Positions 17,870-26,530 of a stretch of DNA of 64,000 nt are shown here, in pieces. How positions within the stretch are numbered: position 1 is the first letter of the stretch; each line of letters starts with the position of its first letter. A model generated the notes under the pieces. That model was given only the letters and a program-made list of their open reading frames with translations. It was not told where the DNA came from and did not search any database. The position numbers and the translations under genes are program-made. The stretch is taken from positions 448,001-512,000 of the forward strand of contig CAVRCJ010000003.1 in NCBI GenBank assembly GCA_963719515.1, given 5' to 3'. The DNA comes from an uncultured cyanobacterium. GTDB lineage: Bacteria; Cyanobacteriota; Cyanobacteriia; CAKZMO01.

Positions 17870-20800
17870 TTACGCACTAAAATACTTCGCCGTCGGGTGA
17901 TACGCCACGATCGCCGTCGTCGACTGCTCCGGATAGAGCTGCTCGCTCTCATCCATCGTCATGCCAATGCGCTCCGTCTGCAGGAGATCCAGCAGCGTAT
18001 ACTGGTCCGCCATATTGGGGCAGGCCGGGTAGCCAAAGCTATAGCGCGAGCCCTGGTAGCGCTGGGCCAAGACATCGCGGATACCCGCCGGGTCTTTGTC
18101 CGCTAGCCCTAGCTCCCGGCGAATGCGGGCGTGGTTCCACTCCGCCACCGCCTCCGCCATCTGCACCGAGAAGCCGTAATAGTAGAGGTAGTCGGTATAG
18201 CGATCGCTCTCAAACAGGGTTTTAGCGTGCTCCGTCGCCACCTCGCCCACCGTCACCGCCTGCATCGGGAAGACGTCTACCACGCCCGTTTCGCGCGGGG
18301 CGAAGAAGTCGGAGATGCACAGCCGCCGCAGGGACTTTTGGCGAGGGAAGTCGAAGGTGGCCACAGGCGCGAGCCCGTCGGGCAGCTGGGCCGCTCGCTG
18401 CATCACCGCCGGGTCGTAGAGGTGGAGGCTGTTGCCGTCCGCTTGACAGGGAAAATAGCCATAAACCACTTGGGGGGCTAAGAGCGTATTGCTGAGCACC
18501 TGCTGCTTCAGGTCTTCCAAAATCGGGTAGGCCTTCTCGGCTAGGAATAGGTCATACTCTTGTCGGGACTGCCCTTGAGGCTTGCGGAACTGCCACTGCC
18601 CCGCAATCAGAGCCTGCAGGTCCAGGAACTCGAAGATCTCTTCTAGGGGAATGTTCTCCGGCCCCAGCACCCTGCTGCCCCAGAAGGGCGGGGTGGGCCG
18701 GTCGATGGCGATGTCGACTGCCTCAGAGCGCTGGGTATCGACTACCGTCTCCTTGAGGACGGCGGCTTCAGGCGTCTCTGCACTGGGTACCTTCTCTACC
18801 GAGGCGATCGCGTCAGCATGCTGGCCGTTCTGGCCATTTTGAGCCCCGTTTTGCTCCGCCTCATCCAAGAAGCCCCCCAGGTCGTTCCAGTTCTCCTCGG
18901 CCTTGGCCGCCATCAGCTTGTCCATAAAGTTGAGGTCGCTGAAGGCATCCCTGCCATAGATCACCCGACCTTTATAGACGCCCTGACAGTCGCCGTTGAC
19001 GAATTTCGGCGTCAGCGCCGCGCCCCCCAAAATCACCGGAGCCGTGATGCCCCGCTCGTTAAAGGTGGCCAGATTCTCTTTCATGAACGCCGTCGACTTC
19101 ACCAGCAGACCGCTCATGGCGATGCAGTCCGCGCCGTGCTCTTGGTAGGCGTCGATAATGTTGTCCACCGGCTGCTTGATGCCCAGGTTGATTACCCGGT
19201 AGCCGTTGTTGGACAAAATAATGTCCACCAGGTTTTTGCCGATGTCGTGGACGTCGCCCTTCACCGTCGCAATCAAAAAGGTGCCCTTGTCGCTGCTGGC
19301 GGCGTCCTTGTCCATATGGGGCTCTAAAAAGGCCACCGCCGCTTTCATAGTCTCCGCCGACTGCAGCACAAAGGGCAGCTGCATCTGCCCGGAGCCAAAC
19401 AGCTCGCCCACGGTTTTCATGCCGTCCAGCAGATAGACGTTGATGATGTCCAGCGGCGGGTACTGCGCCATGGCTAGGTTGAGCACCTCTTCTAGGCCCT
19501 GGCGCTCGCCGTCGATGATGTGCTGCCGCAGCCGCTCTTCTAAGGGCAGGGCCGCCACCGCTGAGCGATCGCGCTTGGTGGAAACGCCCTCAAACAGCTG
19601 GGTTAGCTCGATCAAGCGGGTCGTAGGTGCAGACCTCCCCGTCGAAGCGGCGCTGGTCGTAGATCAGATCGCGGCAGATTTGCTGGTGGTCGGGCTCGAT
19701 TTTGGCCAGGGGCAAGATCTTGGCGGCGCTGACGATGGCGGCATCAAGGCCCACCTGCATCGCCTCGTATAGAAATACCGAGTTGAGCACCATGCGGGCC
19801 GCTGGGTTGAGGCCGAAGGAGATATTAGAGATGCCCAACAGGCTGTGGACGCCGGGGAGATTTTCGTGGATGCGGCGGATGGATTCCACGGTTTCCCGTC
19901 CGTTTACCCGGTCTTCTTCGATGCCGGTAGAGACGGGCAGGGCCAGCGGGTCATAGAAAATTTCGTGGGAAGGAATGCCGTATTCCACGATATCGCGGTA
20001 GGCCCGCTGGGCGATCGCAAACTTTCTGTCGGCGGTGCGGGCCATGCCCTCTTCGTCGATGGTGCCCACCACAATGCCCGCGCCGTAGGCTTTGGCCAGC
20101 TCCAGCACCTTAAAGAAGCGCTCGTCGCCGTCCTCGTAGTTGGTGGAGTTGAGGATGCACTTACCGCCAGCGGTTTTTAGCCCTGCCTCCATCTTTTGCC
20201 ACTCGGTGGAGTCGAGCATCAGAGGTAGGGTAACGTTGGTCACCAGTCGGGACACCAGCTCCCGCATGTCGTGTACCCCATCGCGGCCCACGTAGTCTAC
20301 GTTCACGTCCAGCACGTGAGCGCCTTCTTTCACCTGGGCCTTGGCCAGAGATACTAGCCCGTCCCAGTCTTCGTCGTTGAGCATAGTGCGGCATTTTTTG
20401 GAGCCGCTGGCGTTGAGGCGTTCGCCGATGATGAGGAAGGAGTTGTCTTGGTCGTAGGGCTGGGCGGAGTAGAGAGAGGCCGCCGCCGGGGTGTATCCCA
20501 GGGCGGGGCGGGGGTCGGGTTGGGGTAAATGGCCGTTTGTCTGCAGGTCGGAATGGTCATCTGCTACGGAATGGGCCGTATTGTCCGAGGGCGATCGCCT
20601 CACGGGGCGGTCCTTCGGCGTCAAATCCTGCGCCACTTCCGCTAGCTGCGCGATATGGTCCGGGCGCGTCCCGCAGCAGCCGCCAATCACCTGCACTCCC
20701 AGGTCTTCCACGAAGTGCATCAGCGCCATGCGCAGCTCCATGGGCGTCAGCTTGTAGTGAGCGTGCCCCCCCACGTTTTCCGGCAGTCCCGCATTGGGGA

Positions 20801-21554
20801 TGCAGGACACCACAAATGGGGAATGGGCCGACAGGTAGCGGATGTGGTCCGCCATCCGGTCTGGGCCCGTGGCGCAGTTGAGCCCCAAAATATCGATGGG
20901 ATAGGGCTCTAAAATCGTCAGCATTGCCGCCGCATCCGAGCCCACCAGCATCGTGCCCGTGGTCTCCATGGTCACCGACACCATCAGCGGGCGGCGGTCG
21001 CCTTTTTGCTCAAACACCTGCTCTATCGCCGACAGGGCCGCCTTGATCTGCAGCACGTCCTGACAAGTTTCAACGATGAATAGGTCCACATCGCCGTCGT
21101 ATAGCCCTTCGGCCTGCTCGACGAAAGAGGCCCTCATCGTGTCGAAGTCGATATGGCCCAGGGTGGGCAGCTTGGTGGTTGGCCCGATAGACCCGGCCAC
21201 AAAGCGGGGCTTTTCCGGCGTGGAAAATTCTGCCGCTACCGTTTTGGCCAGCTTCGCGGCCTTGACGTTCAGCTCATAGGCGCGATCGCCCAGGTCGTAT
21301 TCATCCAGGACAATGGAGGCCGCACCAAAGGTATCGGTCTCGATGACGTCGGCCCCCGCCTGCAAAAACTCGCGGTGGACCTGCTCCACCGCTTCGGGCT
21401 TGGAGATCACCAAATACTCGTTACATCCCTCGTACTGCGGCCCGCCAAAATCATCGGCGGTGAGGTTCTGCGTCTGCAGCGACGTTCCCATAGCCCCGTC
21501 AAAGACAAGCACTGGGCGATCGGGGCTGTGGAGCGTTTTGAGGAAGGCAGTCAT
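17870..21554 (-). CDS. metH: Cobalamin-dependent methionine synthase (one apparent +1 frameshift near 19615)
   Basis: [56 protein letters not shown]. Removing one T in CCGCTTGATCGAG restores [10 protein letters not shown]. Confidence 0.93.
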
Positions 21555-21719
21555 AGGGCGTTTCGGGGGTGAGGCAGATAAACCGTCAGCATCTAGGCTG
21601 ACTCGGGCAACCCGCAGGCTGCACAATCAGCCTAGCAAGCCATCAGCCGCTAGAGCCACATCCGGAGCAATAGCTCCCTCTATTCTAAATTTTTGTCAAC
21701 CCAATTTCCATGCCTGAAA

Positions 21720-23039
21720 TTAGATTTGGGCAAACAGCGACGTGTCTAGCTGCCCGAAGTTGGTGGTTAGCGCTACGTTGAGCAGCTCTAGAGCATGGAC
21801 TAGCCAGCTCACCGCATCGCGGCGGTGGGTTTCGTAGTGGTTAAATAAAATCGAGAACCGACGCTCAAGGTAGGGGCGGACCCGGCGACAAAGCAGCACC
21901 AGCTTCAGCAGCAGCCCCATGGTGCGCACGGGGCCGATGTTGTTGAGCAGGTCTACGAAGACGAAGTGCTGCGGATTTCTGGGTCCGTCAACCACCAAGA
22001 AGTTAAAGAGATAGCTACAGGTGCGAACAATGAGAAAGTCGTTGACTAGCACCGAATCGCTCTCGGGTAAAATCGCCTCTAGCTGATTGCACAGCTGCTG
22101 GTTGAACTGACGGCGGCCATAGCCTTGATCAACCCCATCAACTAAGTAGTGGTAGAGGTCTTTTTTAAAGGACAGGTAGGGCTGCGCATAGCCGCTGCTG
22201 GCCATAAAGTTTTGCGCCAGATCCTGATAGGTGCGTCCGGGCGAGACAGAGCAGGCGTAGTGCTTAACGGCCTGGTTGAGGGCGCGATCGCTCAGCAGCG
22301 TTGGGTTGAGAATGCGAGACCTGTAATATCTGTTGGACTCAGGGTCTTGAGTCTTGACGCTCCGCACCTGGGCCGTCAGGTATTTAGAGAGGGCAATCTC
22401 AAACTCTGATTGGGCGCTGACCTGAATATTACGAACCGTGCGCCGATGTTCTTTAGGGCTATCTTCGCTGACAAGGCAGTGGGGGTAGAGATAGGGATAG
22501 CGGCAGATGAGCGTGCCGAGCAGTCGGCTGCTGCTGCCGGAGACGTTGGCCCGCAGCAGTTCGGCCAGCCGCCGTAGGGTAAGGTACTGCTCTGTGGTCA
22601 CGAACTGGCGCATCAGCTCCCGCAGTCGCCGGACGTAGTGGTGACGCCACACGCCCGCAACAGGGGCATCGGGAACCCGCTGAAAAAGATCGATGAGCTG
22701 GATGATGTTTGCTTTGGCTTGGGAGCGCGACTGCCAGCGGTTGATCAAGATGTGGCAGCAGCGGTTGACGATGTAGCGAAACTCCTGCGGCGCTGTCGGC
22801 GAGGCCGTTATTGTGTCGAGCGCTTTGGCCACTGCGGTATCGGGGTAGTGATACCCCTCGATGAATAGAGTTTTAAACCGACAAAGCATCTGCTCTGGAG
22901 ACTCCTTGTCGATCCAGAAGAGTAGATGATTGTAGATGAGCTGTTCATCCGTTGTGATGAACCGGCTGTAGTGCCCCTTAGATAAAACTGCCACCTGGTG
23001 GTCTTCCTCAAAGTTGAGCGAGGTATAGTAACGCAGCAA
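21720..23039 (-). CDS. Hypothetical protein, apparently of a conserved cyanobacterial type; function unknown
   Basis: 439-aa ORF with motifs NRCCHILINRW, RYPYLY.HCL and L.VRTCS.L.NFLVV; start uncertain. Confidence 0.7.
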   Translation of the reverse strand: MLRYYTSLNFEEDHQVAVLSKGHYSRFITTDEQLIYNHLLFWIDKESPEQMLCRFKTLFIEGYHYPDTAVAKALDTITASPTAPQEFRYIVNRCCHILINRWQSRSQAKANIIQLIDLFQRVPDAPVAGVWRHHYVRRLRELMRQFVTTEQYLTLRRLAELLRANVSGSSSRLLGTLICRYPYLYPHCLVSEDSPKEHRRTVRNIQVSAQSEFEIALSKYLTAQVRSVKTQDPESNRYYRSRILNPTLLSDRALNQAVKHYACSVSPGRTYQDLAQNFMASSGYAQPYLSFKKDLYHYLVDGVDQGYGRRQFNQQLCNQLEAILPESDSVLVNDFLIVRTCSYLFNFLVVDGPRNPQHFVFVDLLNNIGPVRTMGLLLKLVLLCRRVRPYLERRFSILFNHYETHRRDAVSWLVHALELLNVALTTNFGQLDTSLFAQI

Positions 23040-23525
23040 GTGCGATTGTTTCAGATCACCTTCCGAAACCTGTAATCCCTACCTATTATGGCCCAAGACC
23101 TGACCGTTGAATCAGTGATTATCGTCACGGTTGTCCCTAAAGATTCAGTAAACTTACTGCCGAGTTGAACAAGGTAACGTTAAGTGCTGGTTAGGGTCGA
23201 AGAACCGATCGCCCGACGGCTGCGCTCAAGCGATCGCTCAAATCATAGCGTCTCCAGTAAAGAACATCTGGCTTATCGGGGACAACTGCTTCAGCGGCAC
23301 AGGAGTTCATATTGCCACAGACCAATTGCCGCGATCGTGAGCTAGTTCTCTCAGGACTTTCAAATTGAGAATTTGTTCCCCTCGCAGCTCTCGGGGCACC
23401 CTCCCATCCGTTTAATTGTGGCCATCTACTTATAGGAAACGCCGTAAGACCCATCCGCTTTAGCGGTGGGATATAAGGCGGTGAGCGTAGCAAACATATG
23501 CAAAACCCCTGCTGTGACTGGGATT

Positions 23526-23534
23526 TGCTATAAT
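23526..23534 (+). promoter_or_regulatory. Extended -10 promoter inside the element
   Basis: TGCTATAAT, a perfect TGnTATAAT. Confidence 0.7.
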
Positions 23535-23537
23535 AAA

Positions 23538-23700
23538 GGCGGTCAATGACCCACCCGAGACGCAGACGTAACAGACAGCCTAACGTGACGAAATCGGTAA
23601 TCAGCTGATGGCGCGGAAAGCTCGGTAGACCGGGAAAAGAGGATAGGGCAACGGAAACGACCCTAGAATCAACAATCGACATAGAATTCCTTGAATTCAA
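23538..23700 (+). ncRNA. Candidate structured ncRNA of unknown class
   Basis: Stems GGTC/GACC, CCGAG/CTCGG, GCC/GGC enclosing CCTAAC/GATGG, TAGGG/CCCTA with inner CG-GAAA-CG, and GAATTC/GAATTC; no credible + strand ORF. Confidence 0.5.
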
Positions 23701-23708
23701 CAAAGAAG

Positions 23709-23867
23709 AACCGTAGGGCTTGCGGGGATAGTCTGTGGAGCGATCGTAAGACCGGAAAGGTTTAGGCCTCGAAGGCAGATGCTACGAAGCAGAAACCTCC
23801 TCGGGTGACCGGGGAATCCCACGTGCTTTAGCCGTGGGAGTAGTCAATTTCTATCGTTAGGTACGAC
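23709..23867 (+). ncRNA. TnpB omegaRNA/reRNA-like scaffold plus flanking guide (23848-23867)
   Basis: ACCGTAGGG...TCTGTGGAG...GAAGCAGAAA...GAATCCC...TCAA layout typical of tnpB 3' ends; vestigial TVGLAGIVCG translation. Confidence 0.7.
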
Positions 23868-23870
23868 CCC

Positions 23871-24794
23871 ATGACCGTCCCCTCCCTAGCTGGACGTGAC
23901 TTCCTCCGTATGGCCGACTTGAGCAGTGCTGAGGTCATGCAGCTGCTCGATCTTGCCGCTCAGCTCAAAGCTGGAGAGATTCGTCCTCAGTGCCATAAGA
24001 TTTTGGGCCTGCTGTTCAGCAAAGCCTCCACACGCACTCGGGTTAGTTTTTCGGCAGCCATGTATCAGTTAGGGGGGCAGGTCCTAGATCTCAACACCAA
24101 CGTCACCCAGGTCAATCGGGGTGAACCCCCACAGGACACAGCCCGCGTGCTGGACCGCTACCTCGATGTGCTGGCCATTCGCACCTACGCCCAGTCCGAG
24201 CTAGAAACCTTTGCCCACTACGCCAAGATTCCGGTAATTAACGCGCTCACCGACCTAGAGCATCCTTGCCAAATCCTAGCGGACCTGCTAACCATCCAGG
24301 AGGCGTTTGGGAGCTTGGATGGGCTGACCCTAGCCTACTTAGGGGACGGCAACAACGTTGCCCATTCCCTCATGCTGGGATGCGCTTTAGTGGGCATCAC
24401 CATCGTGGTGGCTACGCCGGAGGGCTACCAGCCTTCTCCGGAGGTCGTCGCCAGCGCAACGAAGCTAGCGGGAGACCGCGCTCAGGTTAAGGTCACCACA
24501 GAGCCTATCGACGCGGTGAAAGGGGCTCATGTCCTCTACACGGACGTCTGGGCCAGCATGGGCCAGGAAGCCTCCGCCTCCAACCGCGTGCCGGTGTTTC
24601 AGCCCTACCAAATTAACGCCGACCTGCTGGCAAATGCCCACAAAGATGCCATCGTGCTGCACTGTCTGCCCGCCCATCGGGGAGAAGAGATTTCAGAAGA
24701 GGTTATGGAGGGGGAACGCTCCCGCATTTGGGACGAGGCCGAGAACCGGCTTCATGCTCAGAAGGCTCTGCTCGTGGCGCTTCTAGGGGTATAG
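23871..24794 (+). CDS. argF: Ornithine carbamoyltransferase
   Basis: STRTR, HPCQ, GDGNNV, YTDVWASMG and HCLP. Confidence 0.96.
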   Translation: MTVPSLAGRDFLRMADLSSAEVMQLLDLAAQLKAGEIRPQCHKILGLLFSKASTRTRVSFSAAMYQLGGQVLDLNTNVTQVNRGEPPQDTARVLDRYLDVLAIRTYAQSELETFAHYAKIPVINALTDLEHPCQILADLLTIQEAFGSLDGLTLAYLGDGNNVAHSLMLGCALVGITIVVATPEGYQPSPEVVASATKLAGDRAQVKVTTEPIDAVKGAHVLYTDVWASMGQEASASNRVPVFQPYQINADLLANAHKDAIVLHCLPAHRGEEISEEVMEGERSRIWDEAENRLHAQKALLVALLGV

Positions 24795-24819
24795 CTAGCT
24801 GCCGACGCTGAAAGGTACG

Positions 24820-25251
24820 CTAGCGTTTTGCGTTCGAATCATTGCGGTGGACAATTCCCCAAAGGGGGTGAGATGTCCCCTGCTGGTTAATGCTCTGCAG
24901 CTGTCGCTCCAGTCGTTTTTGCTCCCGCCTTGGGAGCCCCCAAAGAATGTTGCGGCTTTGCCAGACCAGCGTCGACGCAATGAGGGCGACGCACAGCAGC
25001 AAACCTATCGCTGGGGCAGGGTTGAACGCCAACGCATAGCGCAGGGCCGGCCAGGTGAAGTAAGTTTGCAGCATCTGCACCTCGCCCCGCAGCGCCCACA
25101 GACTGGGCAGGCCAATGAACAGGCAGCAGCCTCCCACCAGAATCCACCGAGCCAAAACTAACAGGCCGTGCAGCTGCATCAGCTGTTGCCAAAATTGGGG
25201 GGTGTATCCCTCTGGAGAAATGACGAATTCGTTTCGCCGGTCTCCTAACAT
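24820..25251 (-). CDS. Hypothetical membrane protein
   Basis: Two TM helices; LVWQSRNILWG and QG.SHPLW motifs. Confidence 0.7.
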   Translation of the reverse strand: MLGDRRNEFVISPEGYTPQFWQQLMQLHGLLVLARWILVGGCCLFIGLPSLWALRGEVQMLQTYFTWPALRYALAFNPAPAIGLLLCVALIASTLVWQSRNILWGLPRREQKRLERQLQSINQQGTSHPLWGIVHRNDSNAKR

Positions 25252-25303
25252 TTAGGGTCGTAAGCCACGCAACATATCGGTTTCGTTGATGAGCTGAGAG
25301 GGT

Positions 25304-25855
25304 CTAAAATCGCAGGCCCACTCCGCCTTGAAGTGCCGCCGCCGTGCCGCCGCCCTGTTCGTAAGCATCGAAGGCGACGATGGCGTTGCCGAAGACGACA
25401 AGGCGACTGTTAGGAATGCTGTAGTCAACGCCAGGCTGAATCACAAAGGCCGTTTCATTGCCGATGGGGGACGCAGAGTCATTGTCGTCTTGGAGAGCCA
25501 CGCCGGCGCCGATGTAGGCGTCAGTCTGCCAGTTGATGGGAAAGTCGTAGGACACCGTGGGCACGAAGGCATCTGTATCGGTGAACACTAGCGCCTGGGC
25601 CCGAACGGAAATGGGAAGCCGTAGGAAGTGGTAGCGGGCCGCAATCACGCCGGCAAAGTCTTGATCTTCTCCCAGGTCGCTATCGCCGCTCGTCAATCCG
25701 ACTGACGCCCCGACGCCGACATAGCTGCCGTAGGCCGCTTGGGCGACAGCGCTTTGCTGACCCAGGCTCATCAGACCGGCGATCGCTAGTCCAGCGGCGA
25801 CGCCAAGTCGGACGGCGGGTTGGCGTTCCGGCTGCTGGCGAGAAGAAAGAGTCAT
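25304..25855 (-). CDS. Outer-membrane beta-barrel-like protein
   Basis: Signal peptide, AQAAYGSYVGVG, alternating beta strands and C-terminal GVGLRF. Confidence 0.75.
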   Translation of the reverse strand: MTLSSRQQPERQPAVRLGVAAGLAIAGLMSLGQQSAVAQAAYGSYVGVGASVGLTSGDSDLGEDQDFAGVIAARYHFLRLPISVRAQALVFTDTDAFVPTVSYDFPINWQTDAYIGAGVALQDDNDSASPIGNETAFVIQPGVDYSIPNSRLVVFGNAIVAFDAYEQGGGTAAALQGGVGLRF

Positions 25856-26037
25856 GGGCGGGGCCTCGCGGTTGTTCTAGAGGATTTTGGCTTAGGAGCG
25901 CGCACTTCAGGCAGTTTACCTATTTTATTGCCCATTAATATACATCGCCTGTCCCTAAAAGCCTAGGGGTCGCTCTGCGGGCGGAGCTGAAATTCAGGCG
26001 ATTTTAGCACTTCGACGGCTTAGGCAAAATGTACAGA

Positions 26038-26068
26038 GCCGCCGACTCCCTTATCAAGAATCGGCGGC
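26038..26068 (-). terminator. GC-rich hairpin (terminator or sRNA 3' end)
   Basis: On the minus strand GCCGCCGATTC-N9-GAGTCGGCGGC followed by TCTGTACATTTT. Confidence 0.4.
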
Positions 26069-26226
26069 CCCGCAAGCATTCACTCGTTTATCTTCAAGGC
26101 CTTTATATCGGCTGGCCTCTATTTATCTTTACCTAGAATGCCAGAAACTAGCGCCAAGTCTGTGTCCCGTAATGTTTTCTTTATGTTTCAGCTTTGTTGC
26201 CTCCAATGACGTCCTATGTACAGTTG

Positions 26227-26496
26227 TTAAGCTTGAGGGCGATCGCGCCTCAACAGCCAAACCATCAGGGCTACGATGCCAACCTGCAGCGCCAGATTCG
26301 GTACAGCTTGGGCGAGATCTCGTCCGGCGAGCGTCTGAAAGAAAAAGACAACGGCTCCAATGAACCCAGAGGCCGCCACCGAACCGTAGACAAAGCGCCT
26401 CAGGCCTCGATAGGGCGCTTTAGATTCTTCCGTCAGTCGCCGGTAGAGTTCTGGGTCAATTTGACGCGATCGCTTAGGGCGATTGGGGTTGCTCAC
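26227..26496 (-). CDS. DUF3493 family protein (LPA1-like)
   Basis: RL..E..APYRGLRRFVY....ASG.IG...F motif; two TM helices. Confidence 0.8.
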   Translation of the reverse strand: MSNPNRPKRSRQIDPELYRRLTEESKAPYRGLRRFVYGSVAASGFIGAVVFFFQTLAGRDLAQAVPNLALQVGIVALMVWLLRRDRPQA

Positions 26497-26530
26497 AATA
26501 AGTTGCGAAAGTGAATAGCTGCCTAAGACT

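Larger units (their letters stand above)
23434..23847 (+). mobile_element. Non-autonomous IS200/IS605-family element (PATE-like), no tnpA/tnpB
   Basis: Preceded by TTAT (23430-33). LE hairpin CCCATCCGCT-TT-AGCGGTGGG (23450-70). RE is GAAT + hairpin TCCCACG...CGTGGGA (23817-39) + terminal TCAA (23844-47). Confidence 0.85.

Noticed and set aside
21555..21720. Cobalamin or SAM riboswitch upstream of metH
   Set aside because: No B12-box or SAM riboswitch core motifs seen.
23603..23640. Hammerhead ribozyme (CTGATG...GAAA)
   Set aside because: Core reads CUGAUGG rather than CUGAUGA, and stems I-III cannot be built convincingly.
23191..23703. 170-aa minus-strand ORF
   Set aside because: Crosses the left end of the mobile element, has a TTG start and no recognisable motifs; likely spurious.
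23538..23740. Canonical group I intron (IStron)
   Set aside because: Fragments resemble group I motifs (GGTAATCAGCTGATGG, GCGGAAAG, GATAGTC), but P-Q-R-S are not in order and P3/P7 cannot be formed; kept only as an unknown structured RNA.
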